From: Octopus sinensis
Taxonomy: Eukaryota
NCBI RefSeq assembly: GCF_006345805.1
Contig: NC_043003.1
Coordinates: forward strand, 112,902,001-112,966,000
Direction: 5' to 3'
Length of the DNA: 64,000 bases
Part shown: positions 1 through 12,897 of the stretch, piece after piece
Position numbering within the stretch: position 1 is the stretch's first letter
How the letters are laid out: the number at the start of each line of letters is the position of its first letter
Position numbers and translations under genes: made by a program
Notes under the pieces: model-generated
What the model saw: only the letters and a program-made list of their open reading frames with translations
Told to the model about the DNA's origin: nothing
The model's database searches: none

Positions 1-540
1 ATTTTTGCTAAATAAACTGTTTTAAGACTAAAGCAGAGAAGTCAGACTGATATCCGATACTTACTTGGCTGAAAATCGCACAATGGGAGAAGAAAAATAG
101 TTAGAAATCTCGAGTCATGGGTTAGTTATCCAATGACAGTAGATTTTGGATGAATACTTGCAACAAAATCCGGTAACAATCAGCATCCAGGAGCTTCAAA
201 CCACAAAGTATTGCCAAAACTTTAGCAGGTAGGCTTCCATAGTTTCTGCCACAACGTTTATTGGATAACGTTTTGGCGACTCTCATATTTCATAACACAG
301 TTGATATGCTATCTAATATTAACACATCTAGGACTCATGTAAGGTATACTAAAATGTTTTGGCCGGTAGACGATAAAGCACCTGTGGCGTACTTCATTTT
401 ATGTCACATGCTTTGATATACCAGCATATAAGCTTATCCTCATCAACACTAGACATAGTGACATAGATACAGTAAATAAATATATAGACGTATATAATGA
501 GTATATATATATATATATATATTATCCCAAAACTATAGTA

Positions 541-1120
541 TTAAATATCCATCACAGCTGATCTTACCAATCGGTTTCCTGTAAAGAATACAATGGAATG
601 TTAGGTAACAATCCGATTATATAACTTTACGCTCATCAGAGATAGCCGATATGGAAGGGAATATGGCGACTGCTCGTTATAGTTGGAGGTTGCACAACCG
701 GTCAGCGGCTGCAGTGAAAAAAGGTGGCAAATACGAAACAGGAGCCATGGGAGTTATATCCCTTGGTTGGGCATGTTGTGAAGCCGGCAAGGGTTGTCTT
801 GAAGTGGGGAACATGTGTATAATTAATGTGGTGCTCCTGTTGGGATGGGGTGTATGATGTGTGTAGTGGTATCATATACATAATTTTATCCGGGGTGTAA
901 GTGTATATAGCTGTGTTCGTTGGTCTGTTTTCTTTCTGTAAAGGATAAAGATACCAGGTCTAGGGTTACGTCAAGGAAATCTATCGTTTTCAGGTTGGTC
1001 TCTATAGGTTGGTCCCTCAGTCCGAGGGAGTTCATGGTGCTTGTGTGGTCTTTTCTGAACCTACCTAGCGTGTGGCTGTTGGCACCCCTTGATATTGCCA
1101 GCGCGTGGTTCCTGTAGAGG
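541..1120 (-). mobile_element. Penelope-like element (PLE) remnant: RT thumb fragment plus 3' pseudo-LTR-like region
   Basis: Minus-strand peptide IETNLKTIDFLDVTLDL...YIHLHP matches the PLE RT C-terminal pattern (xDFLDVTLDL...LYIH..SNHPP). A hammerhead-like fold lies downstream on the same strand. Confidence 0.7.
555..648 (-). ncRNA. Type I hammerhead ribozyme motif, degenerate at the base of stem II
   Basis: Minus strand reads CGGCTATCT-CTGATGA-GC-GTAAAG..38 nt..CTTTAC-AG-GAAA-CC-GATT-GG-TA-AGAT-C-AGCTG. Core CUGAUGA/GAAA intact, GUA cleavage triplet, 9-bp stem I with one bulge, 3-bp stem III, 6-bp stem II; the two core-proximal stem II pairs are mismatched. Confidence 0.6.
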
Positions 1121-1141
1121 CCAATATTTATATATATTAGT

Positions 1142-1446
1142 GTGGAGGCGCAATGGCCCAGTGGTTTGGGCAGCGGACACGCGGGTGTAGGATCGCAGTT
1201 TCGATTCCCAGACCGGGCGTTGTGAGTGTTTATTGAGCAAAAACACCTAAAGCTCCACGAGGCTCCGGCAGGTGGGGGGCATCCCTGCTGTACTCTTTCG
1301 CCACAACTTTCCCTCATTCTTTCTTCTGTTGGCATGCTCGCTTAGCCAGCGGGGTGGTGTCATTTGAAAGCTTAAACAATGCGAAGCGCATTGTGACCAG
1401 CGATGTGTAGCAACATCTGATAGACTGGTCGGTAACGGTAACGGTG
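1142..1446 (+). mobile_element. tRNA-derived SINE, family A, tail type 1
   Basis: A-box-like TGGCCCAGTGG and B-box-like GTTTCGATTCC. 12-bp TSD ATATATATTAGT at 1130-1141 and 1447-1458. Homologous copy at 49988-50281. Confidence 0.85.
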
Positions 1447-3929
1447 ATATATATTAGTACTGGACTGCAGTCATACTGGGACAGCACTCTAAAACTGAAG
1501 TATGGCCGCGATGACTGGATAGATGTGTATCTCATTGTTCTATGCCGTGTAATGTTGGAAGTATCAGTGTCTTATTGAAATTAAAGAATTTATGGCATCT
1601 ATGTATTCTTATGAATTGCTGTCATATCATCGTCGGAAACCAAGATATATTAATGGAAACAACTTGATTGAATTGACGACTAAACCAAATTATCCGGTTT
1701 TTTTCCAGCGCTTTTCGAGATGTGAGTTATGGATCAACTTATTAGTAAGGCCATTCCTCAGTACTGCCTTGTTACAATAGGGTGAAGACCTGTTACCTCC
1801 CTCTGTTTGTCGATAAATTAAAAATTCCTTTACTGTTACATGAAATCAGGTTTCTATTTACTGTAATGGATTGGTTTGACATTTTATAGGGGCAGTACGT
1901 GCCTAACTCGACGAGTAAAGCTTAGATCCAAGGCTTCGACTTTCCTAAAGTTGGTGGTAACTGTTATAGGTAGGTCGAATTCACATAAATTTTCCATTAA
2001 CTAAGGTTGAGATTGTCAAGCTATCACATACATAACGGGTCGCCTGGAAATCTAACAAACATACACAATAAATTCAAATCACAATTTATAAAAATGAAAA
2101 GAAATTAGAAACAGCCCTGGTACTCTAAAACACATACACAAACACACACACAAACTAACACACGAGCATACATATATCTATAGTCTCCAAACTTTTAGAA
2201 TGTTTTTTTTTCTCTTTGATACAGTTGAAATTTTCCCCCAAGAATTTTCCAGTTCCAGGTCACTGCTACATCGTTGAGTTCCACTCATATGGTAACATTG
2301 ACCGCACGTCTATTCATTTCTTGTGTTAGCATTTTAGCTACCACAGGGGAATTTGAAAGAAATTATATCCTGTAAAGTAGTTTGAAGAGACTAATATACT
2401 GATAGTCCGTAGACTATATCTCTATGTTGTTTTTCTATGCTTTCATTTGTGTTAGCTTTCTTACTCTTTAACAACCTGAATAAATTTACCGTTATTTCCT
2501 TATTTTTCCTTAATGCGGATTATACTTAAGTATGTATGAAAGAGATATACCAAAGTATTTTAGTAAATTCTAATAGTGAAACGTCTGAAATGAAGTAACA
2601 TTTTTACAAAATTGAACACATTTTTCATTTAGCTTATCATTTTCTCTTCAAATATATTTCATCCCTGTATTAACGTAGCTTTCAAAATGGTTCTCTTTTA
2701 CCAGTTATCAATCCGAACCAAATATTATAATCTTCAGCAGATTAAGAGTATTTGAACCTCAGTGAAGTTGCAAGTAAGATCATTGACATTATCTGAAAGA
2801 CCTGTCTTTATCTCCAATTTCAGTTTTATTCCATTTAATCTTCATTCATCTGAAAGTATCAGAACAAATTCTTTGGCGCTAGATGTTGAAAAATACATAT
2901 CAAAATAAAAAAGAATATAATTCTAACTCCCAGACATTTTCGGCTTGAATATCACAAAATAATTTCTTTCTACTATCTGTATCAACGAAGCGAAAATGGT
3001 GAGCTGGCAGAAATGAAATTAAAACATTCAGGATTATTTGATGCAATATTTATATATGCTTTTTTTATTTTCTGATCTACAATTCCACTTCTGTTCCTCT
3101 TTACCGAAAGTGAGACAAAAGACATAAGTATCCAAACACAACTGACAAGTGATCAAGCCATCAGAATGTCGTATCTCGATTGCTCAAGCTACAAGAAACA
3201 GCAACTAAATCTTTCGTTAATTACACGAAACAATCTTAAGAAAGTGGAAGCACGCTGGACAAGTTTCCAGTATGTCCTGATTCTTAAAGCAGTTTTAGAG
3301 AAAACATTTGGTGTTTGTTGCTGGAACGTCTTTGATCCTATATCTTCTCGATCAAGGCTAGATGACCTTCAACTATGAAAACAATACGTTTCAGTCTGTT
3401 AGACTCAGCTTCTAAGATAATTTTGCCGAGAATCAAGCAAAAATATAGCAATGCATTTTTTTTCTGTTTCTTTAGGTCAACTTTATTTTCTTTCCAAATT
3501 TCACGTTAATGCTTCATTTTCACAAATAATTAACAATTAAAATGGAAAATTATATTTATCTTGTTACTTTCTTTAAAAAATCGTGAAAAACTAAAATACC
3601 TGTAGTTATTTTAATAGATATATATAAAACAATTTTATTTATATTTTTAAATGAAAAGCAAATTCAATTTCATACAATGCACTGAGTCAGGCGCATCGAA
3701 CGTTCAGGAAAGTCAGTTGAGGCTAAATATGACAATGGCTGCATCTCCTGTCAAAATTTGTAGTTTTAATAGAAAACAATCTTTCTGTCTCTTTCCACTC
3801 CTCCTCCTCCTCTCTCTTTTTCTCTCTCTCTCCATATATATATATATGTATATATATTTTTATATTTATATTTATATTATATATATGTGTGTATATGTAT
3901 AAGCTCACTCCTTCATTCTGTCTCACCCG

Positions 3930-4697
3930 ATGCCACTACACCCATCCCTCCCTCCTCAACACAATCCCCTCATCCACCCTTCAAATACTCCAACCCCCGC
4001 CACATTCAAGATACCTCCTTCTATTGCCTCTACCCTCCAACTCCACGCCTAACAACCAACAGACTGTCTCATCCTCATCCATGACCCATCTCCTTCTCCC
4101 GTCTCCCTCCCACCTTTCCAACCTCATTGTCCGCACTCCACGCACACCTACCATTTAATTCCTTCCCCAAATCCCCAAACCCAACAATGGCTGCCCCATT
4201 GTCTCCGCCTGTAACTGCCCCACGGAATTGATCTCAGAATACCTTGACCGTCTCCATGCCCACCCCTAGTGGCTTCCCTCCCCTCCCAAATCCACGACAC
4301 TAACCATGCTCTCCGTCTCTTTAACTCGTTCTCCTTCCCTTCTCACCCACTGCAACTTTTCACACTTTAGCATTTTCTTGACCTTTGATCCGACACCCAA
4401 CCTGACACTTCGTCTGGCCGACCTTGTTCTTTCCCTCAACAGCTTCTCGTTCGTGGGGGAGGGGGTTACCAGCAGTACTCGGGAGTGGCCATGGGAATTA
4501 GAATGGGCCCCAGCTCTCCGAACCTGTTCATTGGCTACGTTGATACCCAAAATATTCGCAGGATTCACTAGCCCCATTCCCGAACTATACAGTCGTTATA
4601 TTGATGAGTGTATCAGTGCCACCTCACACTCCCGCGAACCACCAGACTCCTTTCTCGCAATTGTCTAATCCTTCCATCCTGCCCTCAAATTCTCCTT
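3930..4697 (+). mobile_element. PLE reverse transcriptase fragment, frameshifted
   Basis: Pieces translate to PQIPKPNNGCPIVSACNCPTELISEYLD, GVAMGIRMGPSS and YSRYIDEC, i.e. PLE RT motifs KIHK..GRPIVS, GVAMG..MGP and RYIDD. Confidence 0.85.
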
Positions 4698-5190
4698 CGC
4701 TATATGAAACTTACAGGGTACACTGGTCCACAGGGAATTTCAATCCCAGAGCCTAAATCAGTGAAGGACCTGGGTATCGACATGAATGGTGGTACCTCTT
4801 TCCAAGTGCACATTACCAGGATGGCGACAAAGTGCAGACGACTGGCTGGGTGGATCCTAAGAACATTCAGAACCAGAGATAAGGAAACCATGATGGTCCT
4901 CTGGCGGACATTCGTCCTCAGCCGCCTGGATTACTGCTCACAGCTATGGTCACCCACCAGTGTTAAATTAACAGCGGTCCTTGAAGCAATCCAGAGAAGA
5001 TTCACAAAGAAGATCGTCTCTTTGCAACAGCTCAGCTACTGGGAAAGGTTGAAACAGCTAAGACTCTACTCCCTGGAGAGAAGGCGGGGGAGGTATGCAG
5101 GTATGCAGTAATATATATCTGGAAGATCGTGGAAGGAATTGTGCCAATTTTTGGCATTGAAAGCTACACCAATGCCATAAAGGGACAACT
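4698..5190 (+). mobile_element. CR1-like LINE, ORF2 C-terminal fragment
   Basis: KDLGI...RLDYCSQLWSP...LEAIQRRFTK...SYWERLKQLRLYSLERRR is the typical CR1-group ORF2 end. Homologous to 42595-43165. Confidence 0.85.
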
Positions 5191-5305
5191 CTATTAATAG
5201 TGCTTCCCAGGTAGACAAACTGATCAACTACATCAAGTCGTTTACCATTCACATAGATATTTGGTACACTATATTGCCTACCGGGGGCAGGTTGGTACAT
5301 GACAA
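5190..5305 (-). mobile_element. RTE/BovB-like LINE fragment
   Basis: MYQPAPG..NIYVNGKRLDVVDQFVYLGST resembles the post-RT region of RTE, and matches the same region in ORF 31748-32275. Confidence 0.65.
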
Positions 5306-5349
5306 CAGTTTTTTTTTAGATTGATTGTCAATCGTAAGGCAGTGTAAGG

Positions 5350-5391
<42 letters not shown>

Positions 5392-6208
5392 TTATATACA
5401 CACACACATATATATATATATACATACATATGTATACATATATATACATACACAAACACACGCATATATATATATATATGTATTCGTATGCATGTTCATA
5501 TATTCTTACTGTACCACTTGTAACCATCCCATATGTATTAAAGAAAGAAATGCCATGCCATAGTTTTTTTCCCCCATCACATTTTCTTTCAGTTCCCTTC
5601 TTTTGCCTACAATTTGTCGAACGTTAGTATTCTTCTTTCCTTTACGGTGACGCAATTGACTTCTTTGCCTGCAAGCTTTTTAATGCAATTTCCTCTCGAA
5701 TCTTGTCTTTGATTCCATTCTCTCATATTTTCTCGCTTCCTTCGATGTCATTCAACAATCACTCTTGAAAGCTGTCCTCATTTGTTTAAATTTCTTGCCA
5801 TTCCCCCAACCCCCGCCGCCGTTTAATCGGTAATGGTGTCTTTTACGTTGTGTTTTTCCTTAATGCTTCCTTTATGTTTGTCAACAATTCTGTTCAGGAT
5901 GCTAACTCTATCATCATTTCATCGTTATCACCGCCACTCTATGTTTCAGTCCCGTATCTGATTTTCATCCTCTCATCTCTTGTCCATTCTTCATTTCGAC
6001 AATCGATGTATTACCTCTTTTCACATATTTCTATACTTTTCCATCCGATTGTCGCTAACATTGTCAGCAAAACATCTGCCTTCAAACCTCTCACTTTTTG
6101 CCACTTTCCCTGCCAATGCTACTCATCATCATCATCATCATCATCATCATTACCATTGTTACTTTTTATTGTCAAATAGCGCATGCAGTTCATATATATA
6201 TATATATA

Positions 6209-6255
<47 letters not shown>

Positions 6256-6258
<3 letters not shown>

Positions 6259-6540
6259 CTTAATTCGTTCTAGTCGAAAGACGCCTGTTCGTGATGTCCT
6301 GTTATTGTTATTAATATTATTATTATTGTTTTTATGTATTATTTTTGAATTCATATTCGTGTAACATCGTCCGTTTTTCTGTCCTTGTTTCGTATACATT
6401 CGAAGCTTTCTTCCAAGGAATCTAATGCGCTTAGCTTAGTTTTTCCTTGGGACTGGCCAGATTGGAGCAATCTCAAGATTAATCAGCCGAAATTGCGAGG
6501 ATGATCCGGTTCTTGACTGAAAATTGAAGGCTTCGAAGAC
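6256..6540 (+). repeat. Unclassified ~300-bp interspersed repeat, family F
   Basis: Shares TCTTCCAAGGAATCTAATGC...CAGCCGAAATTGC...GACTGAA with 21024-21375, 38491-38870 and 52487-52625. Confidence 0.75.
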
Positions 6541-7146
6541 TGTACTATATGTATGTGTGTGTGTGTGTGTCCCAGGATTCTAGTGATGAAATTATTGTCG
6601 ATTTCCCAACGATTTCTTTGTCTTATTTCTCACGCATCGATTTGTTTAAAACCATTTTCCAAACCACCCACAATGATACCATTTCAGTCAATGTTGTTAT
6701 TACCGTCGCCTCAACTCATCCCCACCACATACACACACACACACTTGCATCCTGACTACAACACAGCAACATACATCGTCGCAATGAACAAAGTACCAAA
6801 TAACACCCTTGCTACCCTCTCTCAACAATAATCATTATTAGCAACACCTCAGCACAACTATCATTACAACAATCGCGAGCATCATCAACACAACCGCCAC
6901 AACAACAACCATCACCAACACAAAACGCCGGTACATTCACAACTCCCAACATCACCGACACATCCACCACAGTAGCAATCACAGCAAAGACCAACAAGAG
7001 CATCATCGTCATCCCTCACCCCTCCCAACAACCAATCAACCACAACAATCAGTTGAGTTTCTAAGAAAGCAACCACTTCTATCTTCTCATAATAGTATAC
7101 CCTTGAACAGTTGTATACCAATTGGATATCCTTAAAAATCTCTCTA

Positions 7147-7440
7147 GTGGAGGCACATGGCCTAATGGTTAGAGCAGCGGACTCAAGGTCGAGGGATCGC
7201 GGGTTTGAATCTCAGACCGGACGATGTGTGTGTTTATGAGCGAAAACACCTAAACTCCACGCGGCTCGGGCAGAACTTCTGCTGACTCTTTCGCCACAAC
7301 TTTCTCTCACTCATTGCTCCTGCATCTTGCAGCTCACCTGCGATGGACCGGCGTCCCGTCCAGGTGGGGAACCTATACGCCAAGAAACCGGGAAACCGGC
7401 CCTTATGAGCCAGGCACGTCTTGAGAAGGAACAAACAAAA
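7147..7440 (+). mobile_element. tRNA-derived SINE, family A head, tail type 2
   Basis: Same head and core as 1142-1446 up to CCACAACTTTC; different 3' part (CCTGCGATGGACCGGCGTCCCGTCCAGG...GAAACCGG) ending in an A-rich tail. Confidence 0.8.
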
Positions 7441-8282
7441 AACAATCTTTCTGGTAGTTCCACCTCTAAGAAATGACAGTCAAATTCTTACAAACTATGA
7501 TCTACTGTCTTGAAAATAGGAAGGTGCATGTATACCGTCGTGCCAAACAAAAAAAAAATGTTACGACTGAGACATCATTGATCCATAACTGTTCTGACAG
7601 TTACAGCATGGAGCTAAAAGCTACGAAACCAACAATCAATACTACCGCCATCAATACCTCAGCATCAATACCTCAGCATCAATACCTCAGCATCAATACC
7701 ACCAAACACTAGCACCGTTATCACAATACAGCAACAATTACTACAACCAATATTAAAACAACTACCATAACAGAAACAACAACTATCATGAGAATAAATG
7801 TATTTTCTAATGCTACAATAAAAGTAGTTGTGAGATCTTGGGAGCATCCTAGAAGCAGGGTCACCTTCTCAATAAACTCATATTAACAGGTTTGATTGGC
7901 ATAGCCATCGCCCTTAATGCATCGATTTGTTTCAGGTGTCAGGAGGTTCCCCGTGGACGGTTTGCTATTTAGTATTTTCTGGTAATTGGAAAGCTCTCTC
8001 GTATCCACACGTATCAAAACCAAGAGACACAAGTTTATTAGTATGTGTATGTGTATATTATATGTATGTGCATGTGTGTGTGTATGAGTGTGTATGTAGG
8101 CATGTGTGTATGTGCGAATTGTGTGTGTATGTGTATGTATTTGTATCGTCCCACCTGTCAGAACTGAATAGGTGACCTCATTCTTCTTTATATATACTTC
8201 TGTACCAAGAACTTTCTCTCTACTACGATATTTCTCTCTATACATTAATATGTATATGTGTATATATATATATGTATATGAG

Positions 8283-8848
<566 letters not shown>

Positions 8849-9297
8849 CATATATATGTATGTATATATATGCATGTGTATACGAGTGTGTATGTGCGTA
8901 TGAACGTATACACACACACACTCTCACACAACCACTCACACATACACGTACACACACATATCTGCTGCCTCTAATCTCAGTACACTATTCCACATTCTTC
9001 ATCTTCATTCGCGTCGTCCAACATATAAGCTATTTATGTTACTCGTGTCCCGCCCCAGGCCATTTACGTATCATCATCGTATTTATGCTGCTCTCTTATA
9101 TTCTGTCACACTATTCCATTATTAGTGGTTATTTTCTTTTTCGATCTTCAGTTTACGTTATACTATTGATTTATTTATGTTTGCTTTTCATCTCCGTTCC
9201 TTTTTTTTTTATCCATTTTAATTGTTGCACTTTTCAGGTTCTTCTCCTGTTATCACTTGTCACACACATTTACTCTTCTAATATTTCCTATCTTTAC

Positions 9298-10104
9298 GGC
9301 GGCGAGCTGGCAGAATCGTTAGCACACCGGGCGAAATGCTTAGCGGTATTTCGTATGCCGCTACATTCTGAGTTCAAATTCCACCGAGGTCGACTTTGCC
9401 TTTCATCCTTTCGGGGTCGTTTAAAATAAGTACCAGTTACGTACTGGGGTCGATGTAATCGACTTAATACCTATGTCTGTCCTTGTTTGTCCCCTCTATG
9501 TTTAGCCCCTGGTGGGTAATAAAGAAATAGGTATTTCGTCTGCCGCTACGTTCTGAGTTCAAATTCCACCGAGGTCGACTTTGCGTTTCATCCTTTCGGG
9601 TCGATTAAATAAGTACCAGTGACGCACTGGGGTTCATATAATCGACTTAATCCGTTTGTCTGTCCTTGATTGTCTCCTCTCTGTGTTTAGCCCCCTGTGG
9701 GTAGTAATGAAATAGGTATTTCGTCTGCCGTTACGTTCTGAGTTCAAATTCGGCCGAGGTCGACTTTGCGTTTCATCCGTTTGGGGTCGATAAATTAAGT
9801 ACCAGTTACGCACTGAGGTCGATATAATCGACTCAATCTATTTGTCTGTCCTTATTTGTCTCCTCTGTGTTCGATGTAATCGACTTAATACCTTTGTCTG
9901 TCCTTGTTTATCCTTTCTATGTTTAGCCCCTTGTGGGCAATAAATGATAATCGTTAGCAAGCCGGGCGAAATGCTTAGCAGTATTTCGTCTGTCTTTACG
10001 TTCTGAGTTCAAATTCCGCCGAGGTCGTCTTTGCCTTTGCTAGATCTAATGGACTAACCCCCTCCCCACCAAACATTTCGGGTCTTGTGCCTAGAGTAGA
10101 AAAG
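9298..10104 (+). mobile_element. Multimeric SINE, family C, about 5 full or partial units
   Basis: Repeated GTTCTGAGTTCAAATTC..GAGGTCGACTTTGC..TTCATCC core. The whole block is flanked by the 16-bp direct repeat AATATTTCCTATCTTT (9280-9295, 10105-10120). Confidence 0.85.
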
Positions 10105-10393
10105 AATATTTCCTATCTTTTCTTTGTTCCCTGTTGTCATAATGTTTCCAGTTTTTACAAGGTGTTTGCTTCCTCAGCCCCTGCTATATATTTAGCTTGG
10201 AAGTCTTACTTATTTATTTACCTATTCATTTATAAAAATGTATTTAATTTTACAGATTGACCTCATTTTTGTCAGATGCGCTTCATATTTAAATAATACA
10301 AATAATACAAAACACGTCTGTCCTTAAATCACAGAAATGTGATTCCTTCATATCATCATTTATATCTGTATGTATATATGGCATTATACAGTT

Positions 10394-10591
10394 TTATTTC
10401 AAGATTGCTGGCCAATAGAAAAAGATCCAAGGCTCCCTCATTGGAATTTTAACATCAACAGGGTATTTTGTCTGTCTGTCTGACTGTATGTATGTATGTA
10501 TGTATGTATGTATGTATGTATGTATGTTTGTATGTTTGTATGTATGTATACGTGCAGATTTGTATGTTTTGTTTTATGTTTGTATTCTCAT
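10394..10591. repeat. ~200-bp direct repeat, copy 1
   Basis: Nearly identical to 13469-13675, including the (TGTC)n/(TATG)n tract. Confidence 0.85.
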
Positions 10592-10639
10592 GTATATAGT
10601 TGCCTGTCCATATTTGATCATATATTACTTAAATGACAA

Positions 10640-11708
10640 ATCTCTGGAAAGTTTTACAGATCTTTACAGTGCTTATTGGCGTGTCTTACAACTTCAAGCT
10701 TACTGAGGATTTTCTGCTTCAGTTCTATCAGATTCTCTACGTTCTTCATTAAATGTGTAGTCTTCAAATATTCTTTCTTAACCACTTTTCTCGCTATCTT
10801 CATCAGGTTCATTACAATCTATTTCTCCAGTCGTTTGCATGTTCTGGTCAGATGGCAGTCTTTCAATTGAGACTCATGGAGAGTTGCTCTCTTCATCTGG
10901 TCCTTCATTTCTTTGTTGTCCTATATTTAGGCCATTTTCCACTGCGTGCTTGATCGCAGTCATTTCACTGTGAGTCTTTCATTTCTATGATATCCCTCCT
11001 AACATTTGCTAACTTGTTTTCGTACATATATACCCTGTTGTCATGATTTCGTGTTCTCCATATTTGATAAGAGTTTGCGGTGTTTTTCGCTCCAGATGGC
11101 CAGCCTAATGCATAGTAATAAGCGTATATTACTTCTGTATACTCTTCTCGTGTCCATTTGATCCTCTTACATTATTCTTTCAGTGGTGGACGTAGTGGTG
11201 GACTTGAAGGGTTCGAGTTGAGGCAGTTCCTGTTCAAGTGGCCATGCAGATTCGTATTCTGAGAAGAGTTTGTGCCAGTGGATGACTTTTCGATCCCAGT
11301 CTGGGGCTCTCGTGGGGGACGCGCTTCTAGATTAACCAAAGGACAAGCGATTTGGTGTACTGTTTTAGTTTTCCTTTTTGCTTCGTTAGACATACTTGTA
11401 CTACATTAAAATTATTAGTATTGAGCCTTGTATTGTGACAGAGGTAGAGACGTTTGTTCTCTCTGCCACGATTGTCAACTCCGCCATTAATACCATTATA
11501 GTTACTTTAACCTTGTTGTATTTCGGAATGGTCATTTTGCCAGTTTAGCCAATAAAACACACGCACTATATATTTGCTGTTACTTTTCCGAAATACAACA
11601 ATATCTGTTTCAACACACGATTTCACATAAAACATCTTGCGCAACAAACATACTTTAACCATGGCATTACAGCATTGCTCAGCGTTAGTTACCACCAATT
11701 GCGCCTTG
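10640..11708 (-). mobile_element. R4/Dong-like LINE 5' end (5' UTR plus ORF N-terminus)
   Basis: Minus-strand MSNEAKRK...KRIKWTREEYTEVIYAYYYALG...YQIWRTRN...NKLANVRRDI resembles the N-terminus of R4/Dong ORFs. It begins immediately after an (AAT)n tract. Confidence 0.6.
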
Positions 11709-11734
11709 TTATTATTATTATTATTATTATTATT

Positions 11735-12287
11735 GATTGAGAGAGCAGTTCATGCCATCAAAGTGACACTGGGGTAAAATATACGAAGCCCAATATACCC
11801 ATCATGACTACCCGTCTGATAAGGGTACACCAGGCACATGCATCACAACCATATGTGCGCAACATGGTGATCTCATATCAAGGTAAACAGCGCATGACCT
11901 TGCAAGTGGGGCCCAGTTAGAATTGTCTTCAGGTCGAGTAGGCCATCCCGCTCAAAAGGTCCCTGAATAAGGGTTGTTTAAGGAGATGTGAAAAACCACC
12001 CATGTTTCCAGAGGTGAATTATTCAAACCCCAAAGAATCTCTCTCAACACATGGCTATGATGCTCCCCCACTACTTCTGCTCGTGATCAGAGATCACATA
12101 TCGTCAGCCACTAAGGGGCATGCTCAACTGGTTAAGGTCAAACAACTGACAAGCAAATCTGTGGTATTGAGCAGAATATTTGCTGTAGCCCATCTTTTAT
12201 ACCAAGACAAAACAATGTACATGATGACACTTCCAATCAGTTAAGATCAGAAGCCATGAGAGCCACTGCCTGGTACTGCATCAGGGC
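11735..12287 (-). mobile_element. ~550-bp noncoding (AAT)n-embedded element, family E
   Basis: Highly similar to 61680-62138, which lacks about 95 bp at the 5' end but shares the 3' end. Both copies sit within (AAT)n. Confidence 0.75.
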
Positions 12288-12310
12288 TATTATTATTATT
12301 ATTATTATTA

Positions 12311-12367
<57 letters not shown>

Positions 12368-12398
12368 TATTATTATTATCATTATTATTATTATTATT
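12288..12398. repeat. (ATT)n microsatellite
   Basis: Direct reading. Confidence 0.95.
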
Positions 12399-12775
12399 CA
12401 GTAGTTTTATTTTTATAGCGTGCTTTCACTTCACTACCGAGCACAGCTCTGTGTGCCTTGGGTATGTGCTGTGATTTGTTGTGATGCTCTGATGGTTATT
12501 GTATGGAAAGTGTTCTGCGTAGGATGTGTGCAGTGCCTTGTAGTGCAATTTTCTGTATGTTATATGTGTTTGTAAGTCCTGGTGTTTTTGTTATGTATTT
12601 GTCTGAATATTTTTTTATCATGCCTAATGCACCTACTATGATAGGAATTGTTTCTTTTTCAGATTCCACATTCTAGTTACCTCTATTTCCAGGTCTTTGT
12701 ATTTTGAGAGTTTCTCCATTCTTTTAGAGACACGTTGTCATCAGCCGGTATTGATACATCAATTAGAAAGCATTT
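12399..12775 (-). mobile_element. R4/Dong-like LINE 3' end with 3' UTR and (AAT)n tail
   Basis: CFLIDVSIPADDNVSLKEMEKLSKYKDLEIEVTRMW...IPIIVGALG...TAHILRRTLSIQ* (stop at 12496-12498) is the C-terminus of a restriction-like endonuclease domain. Confidence 0.85.
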
Positions 12776-12839
12776 TTTTTCTTCATGATCTCTGACAACT
12801 ATATCTGGTCTGTTGGCCTTATTATCATTATTATTATTA

Positions 12840-12897
<58 letters not shown>

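Noticed and set aside
1142-1215. tRNA gene (also at 7147, 8387, 27040)
   Set aside because: A/B-box-like heads continue into SINE bodies with tails and TSDs; no complete cloverleaf.
3090-3378. Non-repetitive ORFs on both strands
   Set aside because: No recognisable domain; the best minus-strand acceptor is followed by stops in all frames.
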